The notes beneath the pieces are model-generated. The model worked only from the letters and a program-made list of their open reading frames with translations, did no database searches and was not told the origin of the DNA. Made by a program: the position numbers and the translations under genes. Of a stretch of 64,000 nucleotides of DNA, positions 21,699-32,237 are shown piece by piece; the stretch's first letter is position 1, and each line of letters opens with the position of its first letter. This DNA comes from Cyanophora paradoxa CCMP329 (lineage: Eukaryota; Plantae; Glaucophyta): positions 1 through 64,000 of the forward strand of contig QPMI01000691.1 in NCBI GenBank assembly GCA_004431415.1, given 5' to 3'.

Positions 21699-22694
21699 AT
21701 GACCTCGGAATTCTTCCACGTCAAGCGGGAGTGGGGGATCGAAGCGGCCTCGTACGCCGCCGCATTCGTCCGAGCGCACCCGAAATGGGCGCAAATGTCC
21801 GGCGCCATCGGTTCGGGGTGCGACTGGGACGCCGACTGCATTGCCGAGCAGCTGGCCCGCGTGGCCCGGATGGCGTTCAGCCGCATCCCGAATTCGATCA
21901 TGCCGTTTTTTATGGACAGGGACAGCGCCGCGCTCGAGCCCTTCCGCGTCCTTTCGCTGGGCACGGGGAACGGGTTCGCGGAGGGGTTCCTGGTCTCGTG
22001 CTTCCTGCGCAGGTTCCCGAGGGTGCGGCTCATCACCGTGGACTGGTCGGAGCCCTGCGCGGAGTTTCGAGAGTTCATGGCGCGCTCGAGGGCCGAGCAC
22101 GTGCACTACTACTCCATCTCGCAGGCGATCGTGAGCGAGTTCTCGGTCGACGGGGAGCTGCGGCCCAACGTGCACTTCGTATTCTCGTTCAACCCCGTCT
22201 TCATCTCCAGCCCGGGATCGGCAATGGGCGCGCAGGATAGGATGTTCCTGCGCGCCTTTTACGATACAATGGAGGCGACGGGGTACACCCCGGGGCTGCT
22301 TGGGGTAAATGCGCACGGCAACAAGCAGCCGGTGGTGCCTTTCTCGGCATTCCACGCCCCCTTCTACCCCACGGACGAAGATCTCGATATCGCGCTGGGC
22401 CAGGTGAACTACAAGAACCCCGACAATCTAGCCACCCGCCGCCCGGGGGATTACGACCACCCATCCCTGCAGCCCCACCTCAGACGCGAGCGGCTCCAGG
22501 CGCTTTTTGACCCGCTGCTGCAGTCCGGGGCCCTAATTAAACTGCCGCAGGGGGCCTTTGACGGCCTTCTCCAGCTCGACCAGCAATCGCGGGAGCTCCC
22601 CGAGGGCCCGCGCACGTTCGAGCCCTTCGTGCGGCCACAGATAGACAGGGCGTCGCGGTACGGGATCGAGTCGGGGCCGTTCTATTCGGAGTGA
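21699..22694 (+). CDS. Putative class I SAM-dependent methyltransferase-fold protein
   Basis: FRVLSLGTGNGFAE (motif I) followed by RLITVD (acidic end of beta-2); 331 aa. Confidence 0.55.
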   Translation: MTSEFFHVKREWGIEAASYAAAFVRAHPKWAQMSGAIGSGCDWDADCIAEQLARVARMAFSRIPNSIMPFFMDRDSAALEPFRVLSLGTGNGFAEGFLVSCFLRRFPRVRLITVDWSEPCAEFREFMARSRAEHVHYYSISQAIVSEFSVDGELRPNVHFVFSFNPVFISSPGSAMGAQDRMFLRAFYDTMEATGYTPGLLGVNAHGNKQPVVPFSAFHAPFYPTDEDLDIALGQVNYKNPDNLATRRPGDYDHPSLQPHLRRERLQALFDPLLQSGALIKLPQGAFDGLLQLDQQSRELPEGPRTFEPFVRPQIDRASRYGIESGPFYSE

Positions 22695-22727
22695 GTTGGC
22701 CTTGGTTGGTTTACTATCGGTAAGCGT

Positions 22728-22968
22728 CTTAGGAGAACACAGGCTCGACGGTACAGTGTTTCACAGGCTGGGCGAAACAGTGTTTCGTGCAGACCGGCTG
22801 CGGAATACCGAGCCGGCTTAGGAAACACAGGCCTGACGATACAGTGTTTCACAGGCTGGGCGAAACAGTGTTTCGTGCAGACCGGCCGTGGAATACCGAG
22901 CCGGCTTAGGAAACACAGGCTCGGCGATACAGTGTTTCACGGGCTGGGCGAAACAGTGTTTTGTCGAG
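22728..22968. repeat. Tandem repeat, about 2.7 x 88 bp
   Basis: cttagg(a)aaacacaggc...acagtgtttcacaggctgggcgaaacagtgttt starts at 22728, 22817 and 22905. Confidence 0.9.
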
Positions 22969-23029
22969 TTCGATTGCGAAATTGTCGACCCCCGAGCCCT
23001 ATCGCGGTAGCACTCGACCGCCCCTCGAA

Positions 23030-23310
23030 TATCGCCAGTTCCATACGAACATAGCTTCAGGTCGGCCCCCCTTGACTTTAGTAGTCACGGGGTCGGGGGC
23101 GGACCCTATGTTCGTACGGAACTGGGGATACTCGAGCCGAGAAACACAGGCCGGAGAACACAGGCTTGGCGAAACACAGGCCGACCGTTGGCCGGCTCAA
23201 ATAGCGCCAGTTCCATACGAACATAGCTTTGGGGGCGCCCCCGTGACTTCTATAGTCATGGGGGCCAGCCTGTGTTCCTATGATCGTACGGAACTGGGGA
23301 TACTCGAGCG
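23030..23310 (-). repeat. Two diverged, inverted copies of the 154-bp palindromic unit
   Basis: cgccagttccatacgaacatagcttc...ttgactttagtagtcacggggtcggggg...ctatgttcgtacggaactgg is the reverse complement of the array unit at 29049-31350. Confidence 0.9.
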
Positions 23311-23353
23311 CGTTAAAAGCCCCCGAGATTTCGTGAGCGCCAGAATTGACGTA

Positions 23354-24382
23354 ATGGACGACAAAGCCGGCCTCGAGCTTCCAGACACCCGTACCCGGGA
23401 TGGCACGGGCAGGCGGTTGGCGAAGTACTTCTGCCCGGCCCCGGATTGCAAGTACGCGGGAGTGCCGAAAACGAACAAGGGCCTGTGCCGCACGTGCTCG
23501 ATGAAGGCGCGGTGGGGGGCCGACAAGAACTGGCGCGCCTTCCCCAAGCAGGCCAAGACCGTCGGGAGCTGCAGCGGGTGCTCACGTGAAATCAAGCGCA
23601 ACCGCAACCTGAAGTGGCTGGAAGATGGCAAGTTCCTGTGCTGGCGGTGCAAAAAGGGGGAAGAGGCAGCGGCCGGCCCGGGGGGCGCCAAGGCATGGCC
23701 CGAGAAGTGCGCGTTCTGGTTCTGCGGCGACAGGGATACCCCCAAGTACCTCGAAAAGGGCCAGATCACCGTCAGCTGGCACCCGATCCACAAGGCGCAT
23801 CTCTGCACACTTCACCACCACACGGACTACCGCTGGCCGTCGCTGGTCTGCAAGCTGCTGCAGGTCGTGAACAGGCGCCTGGGGGGTACATCGCTGACGT
23901 CCCTGCTCGAGAGCTCGCACGAGATCAGGGACGAGTGGCACAGGGACTTTTTCGTCGGCGACAACTGGCGCAGGTTCTTCGACAGCCCGCCGAACCAGGA
24001 GCCAATCTTCTGCGAGCCCTCCCCGTTCGATGGGGACCTATCGGAGCTCTCGGTGATCGAGAAAAAGCCGCTCGTACCCCTCTGCAACTTCAAGGCGCGC
24101 CTGCACGCCCAGTGGATGGTCCGGCCGCCAACGGATACGGATTTAGTGCAGGCCATCGCGGCGGCCGTCGACGGGTCCCTTTTTGAGCCTACAAAACCGA
24201 GCGAGAACCTCGTGGTTCGCGGGCTGCAGCGATTGGTCGAGTGGTGGAGGCCGGCGCCCCAAGCGGCACAGAGGCAGGGCGAGAGGAAGCAGAAGGAGTG
24301 GGAGGAGCGCCAGGCCAAGCGCAAGGCCAAGAGGGAGTCAAAGAAGGGGGAGGGGGCAAAAAGGCGGAAGGGGGGGTGCTAG
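23354..24382 (+). CDS. Multi-zinc-finger protein with basic (NLS-like) tail
   Basis: CPAPDC..CRTC, CSGC..CWRC and CAFWFC..CTLHH; KRKAKR..KRRK tail. The upstream part of the listed ORF is repeat read-through. Confidence 0.65.
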   Translation: MDDKAGLELPDTRTRDGTGRRLAKYFCPAPDCKYAGVPKTNKGLCRTCSMKARWGADKNWRAFPKQAKTVGSCSGCSREIKRNRNLKWLEDGKFLCWRCKKGEEAAAGPGGAKAWPEKCAFWFCGDRDTPKYLEKGQITVSWHPIHKAHLCTLHHHTDYRWPSLVCKLLQVVNRRLGGTSLTSLLESSHEIRDEWHRDFFVGDNWRRFFDSPPNQEPIFCEPSPFDGDLSELSVIEKKPLVPLCNFKARLHAQWMVRPPTDTDLVQAIAAAVDGSLFEPTKPSENLVVRGLQRLVEWWRPAPQAAQRQGERKQKEWEERQAKRKAKRESKKGEGAKRRKGGC

Positions 24383-24665
24383 GTACCCCAGAAGCCACCC
24401 CCTGTATGATCCCACGCTCAAGGGATGAATTAATTCTTCTCGATGATTTCATTTCCCCACCCTCCGCCACCCCCGAGGCCCAAGCCGGAGTACGCGTGGC
24501 TGGCACGACCCGTGGCCCGGAGCGTCTCCGAGTACCAGGCAACGACCCGCTGCTGCCCCAGAGGGCACCCCATGTACGACCCCGCGCTGGATTCGGATGA
24601 TTGATGTGGATCCGTAGGCCCGAGGGGTCCCGCGTTAAATTTTATGTGGGGAGGTTGACAATACG

Positions 24666-25112
24666 ATGGCAGGCTCGGCTGTTCTGATTCTCGTGATCCT
24701 GCTGCTGGTTGTGGGCGTGGGGGCGGCGGTCCTGTTGATGGGCAGCAGCGGGGGGAGCGCGGGTGGGTTTGCATTGAACGTTGACGATGAGGTGACACTT
24801 GAAATGAAGACGACGAACACAGCCCTTTGTGGCAGCGAGTCGACCCCCGCCAAGATCAAGGCGACGGGGGTCGTCGAAAAAACCAAGGAGGATGGTTCGT
24901 CTGTGATGGTCCGCTGGAATAAGCTGGACACCCTCGAGGGCAGAGCAGGCCTCGATATCGCCGGCCAGTGCAAATGGGCCCGAGGGGACAATGCTGAATG
25001 GAACAAGGTGTGGATGGGCGATGGCGAATTCAAGCCAACGGGGTGGGCACTGCCGGTGGTCCTGGAGTACAAGGACTTCAAGGACCGCCTGAAGAAATCA
25101 TCGGCCTTTTAG
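24666..25112 (+). CDS. N-terminally membrane-anchored protein
   Basis: AVLILVILLLVVGVGAAVLL transmembrane segment, Gly/Ser linker and a small beta-rich domain with two Cys. Confidence 0.65.
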   Translation: MAGSAVLILVILLLVVGVGAAVLLMGSSGGSAGGFALNVDDEVTLEMKTTNTALCGSESTPAKIKATGVVEKTKEDGSSVMVRWNKLDTLEGRAGLDIAGQCKWARGDNAEWNKVWMGDGEFKPTGWALPVVLEYKDFKDRLKKSSAF

Positions 25113-25138
25113 ATTTTCCTGGCCCATATAGATAACCC

Positions 25139-26231
25139 ATGTCTCTGAAATCTTCGGGGGCCCTCCGGGCCTCCGAGATCAGCCTCGCCTTTGCAATCGC
25201 GTCGTCGAAGTTCAGTATGTCGGAGTTCTACAGTAATGCATCAACCTACTACGGCTTTGATGTCGCAGGCCTCCCTGCAGAGGGGTCCAAGATTCGGTTC
25301 AAGAACTTTTTCGGAACAAAGCCGAAACCTATTCTGTTCAAGGTGAACTCGGCCCCTGTCGCGCCCACTCTCATTGCGGAAAACACGTACTGCATGCAGC
25401 TTGTTTCGACCACAGCCACGAACACGTTCGAGGTACGAAAGTTGCAGGAGTGCGACATCCTGATTGTTGGCGGGGGTGCAAGTGGGGGTGGTTGTATTGG
25501 AGGCGGTGGAGGCGCCGGTGGGGTGGTTTACATGGTGAAAAAGACCTTTACGCCTGGAAACACGTACACCGTTAAGGTGGGGGCTGGAGGGGAGGCAACT
25601 GTCAACGCTCAATACTCTCCTGGAAAAGCTGGCCAAGACAGTTACATTCAGGTATCTGGGGCGGATGTGGTTTTTGACGCCATCAACCTACGGGGCCGGG
25701 GAGGTGGGACTGGGGGGATATATAATTCCAGCTTTGGGCCATTCCCAGGTAATAGTGGGGGCAGTGGTGGGGGCGCAAGTTGCAGCAATGGCTCTCCGGG
25801 GTTCAATGGCGGAACCAAAACACAGGGACTGACCTACTGGAATGGGCTTCAGTATATATTGGGGGGGGCTGATGCTCAAAGGTCGCCCGCTGGGGGGTAT
25901 TTTACTTCCGGTGGCGGTGGTATGGGGACTGCCCCGGTGGCTGTCGTAGATGGATTCCCAGGTATACAAAACAGCATCACAGGCACAGCAGTATGGTATG
26001 CGGCTGGAGGGGGGGGGGGGGGCGATCGCAACCAACCCGTATGGTATTGGTGGAAACGGAATCGGTGGCAACGGTGGACGTTCAACATCAGAGCAAGCAA
26101 ACATATTATCCACAGCGGGACAGGACGGAACTGGGTCTGGAGGAGGGGGGGGTGGGTATGGGTACAACGGGTTCAACTTTGTGGGTGCCAAGGGTGGCAG
26201 CGGCGTGGTCATCGTACGCTACACCATCTGA
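25139..26231 (+). CDS. Glycine-rich virion fibre-like protein (frameshift in the poly-G at ~26008-26022)
   Basis: N-terminal SSGALRASEI..F..SMSEFY..LP.EG..I.FKNFFG motif of viral fibre proteins; ILIVGGGASGG..GGGGAGGVVY; YAAGGGG; ends GGSGVVIVRYTI* in the shifted frame. Confidence 0.8.
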
Positions 26232-26627
26232 GAAGACATCTCGATGATCGGGACCAACGGCGGATTCACTGCCACCCTGGTGTATCTTATGTATAGTGTG
26301 GTCGAGAATGAGGCTGCTTTCAGTTTCTCAGTGAACCTGAATTCAATACCCCCTGCTGTCTTCCTTTACCGCGCTGGAACAGCAGTGTATATTGCTTCAT
26401 ACGGAGGGGCCAACAATACAACCCTGCTGTATAATCACCCCGCCTTTGCATTCAATGGCACATGTACATGGCAGCAAAAGTCCGGTCGGACAGAACTATT
26501 GCCGGGCTTGGGTAGTTTGTCTTTGTTGTGCCTGTCCAGCAATCTACACTACCTGCTGAAACTTTGATTGTAATAACCTGCCATATATCGTCCAAGAGTA
26601 ACCATTTTTCTGCCATCCACCCAACAA

Positions 26628-27254
26628 ATGCGTACCCCCCTCAACCTTGCCCCCCTCATCGGCGCGGCATGGTGTGCACGCGGCGCAAAACGGGCCGCCC
26701 TTGTCCACGCACTGCGGCTCCTGTTCACTTCCGGTACCCCCACGGCGCCCCTCCCCCCCACCGCCGCCCATCGCCTACCCCTGCTCATGGCCGACGGGCT
26801 CGGCGACCTGCAGCTGTGGGTGCGCCAGAGCGGCATCGGGGGCCCCCTGTGGCGGGGCCGAACCGCGCGGTTCCTCCGCAGCATACCGCGCCTCTCGAAA
26901 CCGAGAAGGCGCGCGCTCACCCTGTACCGGGGGACAAAGGCCCCCGGGGTAGACGAGTCGGGGGAGAGAGAAATGGTGCCGCTACTGCGACCCCTATCGG
27001 CCACGCGCTCACGGGAGGTTGCCGCTACTTTCGCGAACGAAGCGGGCCCCGAGGGGTACATGCACATCATCCGCGTGCCCGCAGGGGTACCCCTGCTGGA
27101 CGTCGCATTACACTCGAAGAACTTTGCGAGCGTGCCGGGGTCCGACGAGCGGTCGGTCGCACTGCGCGAAAAGGAGGTGATCCTCTACAGGCACGTGCTC
27201 GTCCTCAAAAAGAGGGAGGGGCGCGTGTCGCACTGGGAGGCGCGCGCACGGTAG
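26628..27254 (+). CDS. R-S-E class ADP-ribosyltransferase (VIP2/Alt-like)
   Basis: LTLYRG, PLSATRSREVAATF, HIIRVPAG..LLDV and EKEVIL in canonical order and spacing. Confidence 0.8.
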   Translation: MRTPLNLAPLIGAAWCARGAKRAALVHALRLLFTSGTPTAPLPPTAAHRLPLLMADGLGDLQLWVRQSGIGGPLWRGRTARFLRSIPRLSKPRRRALTLYRGTKAPGVDESGEREMVPLLRPLSATRSREVAATFANEAGPEGYMHIIRVPAGVPLLDVALHSKNFASVPGSDERSVALREKEVILYRHVLVLKKREGRVSHWEARAR

Positions 27255-27258
27255 CGGC

Positions 27259-27630
27259 TCAAATCGAGTCGTTCCTGAGGATCTGCATCTGGTTGCACTT
27301 GGCGACTCGCAGCTGGTCGGAGCGTGTCTGGAGCCCCGTCGTGCCGTACCCGTACGCGTTCCCGCACCACTGAGCGTAGGCCTTTTGCGCCTCCTCGTCC
27401 CACTTGGTGTACCCGGAGCCCTCCAGCCAGCGCGCGAGGTTCGGATCGGTCGCGATCGGGTCCGGGATTGCGCCGCCTGTACCCCCTGCCGTGACCGAGG
27501 GGGCCGAAGCGCTCGGCCCCGAACGGCGCATCATAAAGTAAGCGAGCACGATCGCCCCACCGATCGCGATCATTGTCCACGGGATCTCCCGGCGAGGAGG
27601 GGCGGGGCGGGGGGCGTACTGGAAGTCCAT
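27259..27630 (-). CDS. Small single-pass membrane protein
   Basis: WTMIAIGGAIVLAYFMM transmembrane segment; 123 aa with two Cys. Confidence 0.6.
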   Translation of the reverse strand: MDFQYAPRPAPPRREIPWTMIAIGGAIVLAYFMMRRSGPSASAPSVTAGGTGGAIPDPIATDPNLARWLEGSGYTKWDEEAQKAYAQWCGNAYGYGTTGLQTRSDQLRVAKCNQMQILRNDSI

Positions 27631-27673
27631 TTGCTGTTACTCCCACAAGATAAATGATGTACCCCTTTCAGCC

Positions 27674-27943
27674 ATGAATCTGTCCCGCTACCGTGACTCG
27701 CTGGGCCGGCCGGGCGAAGGGGTGCACTTTCACTTAGGGGGCGTAGCGATCGTTGACGTCATCGCATCCGTCGCGGCCGCTCACGTCATTGGGGCCGGAG
27801 GGCGCAAGTTTTCTGCTTGGAGGAGGACTCTGCCACATGCAGAATATAGTCCGGCCTTCGTTGCCCTAGGAATCCAGCAGATGGTCGGCAGTGGTAGGAG
27901 TAAAACCCATGGGGGAACTTCTATTCGTGTTTCTTTTCTCTAG
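27674..27943 (+). CDS. Small NCLDV-like membrane protein (C-terminus possibly disrupted)
   Basis: YRDSLGRPGEGVH..LGGVAIVDV resembles the Y....G.P..G.H.....A+VD motif I recall from small giant-virus proteins. Confidence 0.45.
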   Translation: MNLSRYRDSLGRPGEGVHFHLGGVAIVDVIASVAAAHVIGAGGRKFSAWRRTLPHAEYSPAFVALGIQQMVGSGRSKTHGGTSIRVSFL

Positions 27944-28294
27944 TTCAGAGTATATGCTCCCTTGTGGGGCGAGTTGACGTTATAGGCCTCATCCTTGGAT
28001 GTTGTGCCGTGTCGGCTCAGTACTTTTGTCTTAGTGATTATGAACTGAATAGATTACTGCGTAACATAAAAAAAAAAGGCCTCGGACTTTGCAAAAATTT
28101 GCAGGGCTCTCAGCGTTTGAAGAGTTCACCGTCAGAGTCTGGGGGGCCGTCCACCTATCACCTGAAGGCCGGCAACGGTTCGCTGCTCACCTGAGGTAGG
28201 CTGATTGCTGTACCCCTTACCCAAGCCCCAATCCCTCAGCCACCCCAGCCCAGTTGCCACGTGATTCAAGGGCGAAGGGAGAAAATGGTTATAT

Positions 28295-28757
28295 TCAGAA
28301 CCGAACGCGGCGCAGGGCAAGGGAGGACTGCGAACGGCTATGAAGGTTGCACATGCCAAGGAAGTCGCACGTGCAGGGGGGGATTTTGATAGCTGGCTTA
28401 AGAATGGTTCTACGGATAGGGATGGCCCTGGGGGCCAAAGAGGTGGGCCCCGGCTCCCCGGGCTCGAGCTTGACAACCGGCGCCGGTTCGTCCTCCGAGG
28501 CGCCCTCCGAATCGGCTTCAATGATTGTCTCCAGGGGGGTCCCAAACGACACCCTACGCCGAGGAGGCTGAGGGGTAGGCTCGTATTCGTCGTCCGAGTC
28601 CGAGAGCTCAATATAATCTATGACGCGGGGCTCGGCGGGCTGAGGGGCAGGCTGCGATGAAAAAAGAGAGGTAAGCAAAAGGCAGGAAAAACAGGCAAAG
28701 GCAGCGGCATACCTTGGCGTCGTTTGTGAAGTCGAAAACGTCGAGGATAGCGGCCAT
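28295..28757 (-). CDS. Spliced SIM-rich, PP1-docking disordered protein (gene A)
   Basis: Exon 1 MAAILDVFDFTNDAK, then a phase-0 GTATGC...TCGCAG intron. Exon 2 has VIDYIELSDSDDE, RRRVSF, VKLE, TILK, CxCx5Cx2H and terminal RRVRF. Confidence 0.7.
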
Positions 28758-28825
28758 GATTGCAAGGGCTTAGAGGGAATTTCGCGGACTAGAGCTTAAA
28801 GTGTGTGCAGGACTGAGCCAGAACC

Positions 28826-28965
28826 GCCTTTATAGGTTGGGCTATGCGGAAAGAGGTACTTCCCATTATGTGGAAAGTACCTCTTTCCGCATAGAATTGG
28901 GGGTACTGTATCCTCGATCATTGGGAAAAACAAATAATGGATTCCACATAGAATCAGGGGTACAG
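28826..28965 (-). promoter_or_regulatory. Shared promoter module, copy 1 (upstream of gene A)
   Basis: CTATAAAG on the minus strand, preceded by repeated TTCCGCATAG and GTACCTCTTTCC motifs. Confidence 0.65.
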
Positions 28966-29048
28966 GAGTTAATCAATAATAAGAGAGAAAGGGAACTGCT
29001 GGGATTCAAACCTGTCAATGTTTGGACTCTGTCGAGTTCAGAGAGCAT

Positions 29049-31350
29049 TCCCGTGTCGCGTATCGCCAGTTCCGTACGAACATAGGGTAGCCCCCCGACC
29101 CCGTGACTACTAAAGTCAAGGGGGGCCGGACCGAAGCTATGTTCGTATGGAACTGGCGCTATTCGAGCCGGCCAACGGTCAGCCTGTGTTTTTCGCGTGC
29201 ATCCCGTGTCGCGTATTGCCAGTTCCGTACGAACATAGGGTAGCCCCCCGACCCCATGACTACTAAAGTCAAGGGGGGCCGGACCGAAGCTATGTTCGTA
29301 TGGAACTGGCGCTATTCGAGCCGGCCAACGGTCAGCCTGTGTTTTTTCGCGTGCATCCCGTGTCGCGTATCGCCAGTTCCGTACGAACATAGGGTAGCCC
29401 CCCGACCCCGTGACTACTAAAGTCAAGGGGGGCCGGACGGAAGCTATGTTCGTATGGAACTGGCGCTATTCGAGCCGGCCAACGGTCAGCCTGTGTTTTT
29501 CGCGTGCATCCCGTGTCGCGTATCGCCAGTTCCGTACGAACATAGGGTAGCCCCCCGACCCCGTGACTACTAAAGTCAAGGGGGGCCGGACCGAAGCTAT
29601 GTTCGTATGGAACTGGCGCTATTCGAGCCGGCCAACGGTCAGCCTGTGTTTTTTCGCGTGCATCCCGTGTCGCGTATCGCCAGTTCCGTACGAACATAGG
29701 GTAGCCCCCCGACCCCGTGACTACTAAAGTCAAGGGGGGCCGGACGGAAGCTATGTTCGTATGGAACTGGCGCTATTCGAGCCGGCCAACGGTCAGCCTG
29801 TGTTTTTTCGCGTGCATCCCGTGTCGCGTATCGCCAGTTCCGTACGAACATAGGGTAGCCCCCCGACCCCGTGACTACTAAAGTCAAGGGGGGCCGGACC
29901 GAAGCTATGTTCGTATGGAACTGGCGCTATTCGAGCCGGCCAACGGTCAGCCTGTGTTTTTTCGCGTGCATCCCGTGTCGCGTATCGCCAGTTCCGTACG
30001 AACATAGGGTAGCCCCCCGACCCCGTGACTACTAAAGTCAAGGGGGGCCGGACGGAAGCTATGTTCGTATGGAACTGGCGCTATTCGAGCCGGCCAACGG
30101 TCAGCCTGTGTTTTTTCGCGTGCATCCCGTGTTGCGTATCGCCAGTTCCGTACGAACATAGGGTAGCCCCCCGACCCCGTGACTACTAAAGTCAAGGGGG
30201 GCCGGACGGAAGCTATGTTCGTATGGAACTGGCGCTATTCGAGCCGGCCAACGGTCAGCCTGTGTTTTTTCGCGTGCATCCCGTGTCGCGTATCGCCAGT
30301 TCCGTACGAACATAGGGTAGCCCCCCGACCCCGTGACTACTAAAGTCAAGGGGGGCCGGACGGAAGCTATGTTCGTATGGAACTGGCGCTATTCGAGCCG
30401 GCCAACGGTCAGCCTGTGTTTTTCCCCTGCATCCCGTGTCGCGTATCGCCAGTTCCGTACGAACATAGGGTAGCCCCCGACCCCGTGACTACTAAAGTCA
30501 AGGGGGGCCGGACGGAAGCTATGTTCGTATGGAACTGGCGCTATTCGAGCCGGCCAACGGTCAGCCTGTGTTTTTCGCGTGCATCCCGTGTCGCGTATCG
30601 CCAGTTCCGTACGAACATAGGGTAGCCCCCCGACCCCGTGACTACTAAAGTCAAGGGGGGCCGGACGGAAGCTATGTTCGTATGGAACTGGCGCTATTCA
30701 AGCCGGCCAACGGTCAGCCTGTGTTTTTTCGTGTGCATCCCGTGTCGCGTATCGCCAGTTCCGTACGAACATAGGGTAGCCCCCCGACCCCGTGACTACT
30801 AAAGTCAAGGGGGGCCGGACCGAAGCTATGTTCGTATGGAACTGGCGCTATTCGAGCCGGCCAACGGTCAGCCTGTGTTTTTTCGCGTGCATCCCGTGTC
30901 GCGTATCGCCAGTTCCGTACGAACATAGGGTAGCCCCCCGACCCCGTGACTACTAAAGTCAAGGGGGGCCGGACGGAAGCTATGTTCGTATGGAACTGGC
31001 GCTATTCGAGCCGGCCAACGGTCAGCCTGTGTTTTTTCGCGTGCATCCCGTGTCGCGTATCGCCAGTTCCGTACGAACATAGGGTAGCCCCCCGACCCCG
31101 TGACTACTAAAGTCAAGGGGGGCCGGACCGAAGCTATGTTCGTATGGAACTGGCGCTATTCGAGCCGGCCAACGGTCAGCCTGTGTTTTTTCGCGTGCAT
31201 CCCGTGTCGCGTATCGCCAGTTCCGTACAAACATAGGGTAGCCCCCCGACCCCGTGACTACTAAAGTCAAGGGGGGCCGGACCGAAGCTATGTTCGTATG
31301 GAACTGGCGCTATTCGAGCCGGCCAACGGTCAGCCTGTGTTTTTTCGCCT
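29049..31350. repeat. Tandem array, about 15 x 153-154 bp, near-identical palindromic units
   Basis: Each unit has cgccagttccgtacgaacatag ... ctatgttcgtatggaactggcg arms around an inner hairpin; copies differ by about 1-2 nt. Confidence 0.98.
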
Positions 31351-31492
31351 GTGTCCGGTGTCGCGTTTCTAGCTGCTCGAGATTCGAGAAACTTTTTTGG
31401 ACCCCATACAAGCCCGGAGCCATACTTAAAGCGTCATTGGAGTGATGCAAAGGCCTGTTACAATGTTCGAAAAACACTCAAGTTTACAAATC

Positions 31493-32195
31493 CTATTCAG
31501 GTAACATAGCCCTAATGCGATCTGACCGGCGCTTGACTATGGTCTTCTGAACAGGCACTGAAACTACAGAACGCACAGGGGGCTCGGAGGTTTTGAAGGG
31601 CTCCAAGGATACAGGAGATAGCATTTTAACTACGATAACTCTATCAGGGATCTCATTATCAAGGCTGCCAACGGGGGCAAGTGACTGCGAATCAATCGGG
31701 ACGCCGGCTGACGTAGAAAAAGAAAATTGCTCCGGATAGGGATAGCGACGGCGGATCATCTTGTTTATTGAGTCCGTCTTGATGACAAAAATGTTTGAAT
31801 CGTAGACAAAAAAGCCAGCGTCATGAATAGATTCTCTTTTCAACACAATCTGCCTGCGTTGAGTGGGTATGGTCTCCGGATCGATTGTTTGGTTGACTCT
31901 GCGGCAAACAATGAGAGGCTGCACAGAACACAAAAACAACAAAAAAGGCTCACTGGGTGATCTCGTCACCGTTCTGAATGCCAAAGTCCGCATAGGTAAG
32001 GCAAAAGTCAATGTGAGCAATCTTCGCAATGAGAACACCCGCCCGCTCTACTCGAAGGTGAAGGCCAGCCGTCCATAGATCCCAAGTCCCGTGACGATCA
32101 CGGAAAAAGGTGCTGAAAGTGATTGAATCGCTAAGTCGGACTTCGAAAAGCCCCTGGCGCTCCTTGCCGTTGAAAATGACGTAGGTGCTATCCAT
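31493..32195 (-). CDS. Ubiquitin-like domain protein, spliced (gene B)
   Basis: Exon 1 FEVRLSDSI...LTYADFGIQNGDEI parallels ubiquitin LEVEPSDTI...RTLSDYNIQKESTL. A GTGAGC..GCCGCAG intron at 31899-31953 joins it in frame to exon 2, which ends KRRSDRIR. Confidence 0.7.
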
Positions 32196-32237
32196 TACGT
32201 TGTCCGGAAGCACTGAGACTACGACGACTTGAGCTGG

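Noticed and set aside
22961-23353. N-terminal 131 aa of the 473-aa ORF
   Set aside because: It is translated repeat sequence from a TTG start; the ATG at 23354 is the more likely start.
29049-31350. CRISPR array, or repeated 82-aa ORFs
   Set aside because: There are no unique spacers and no cas genes; the ORFs are read-through of identical repeat units and are broken by 1-nt length variants.
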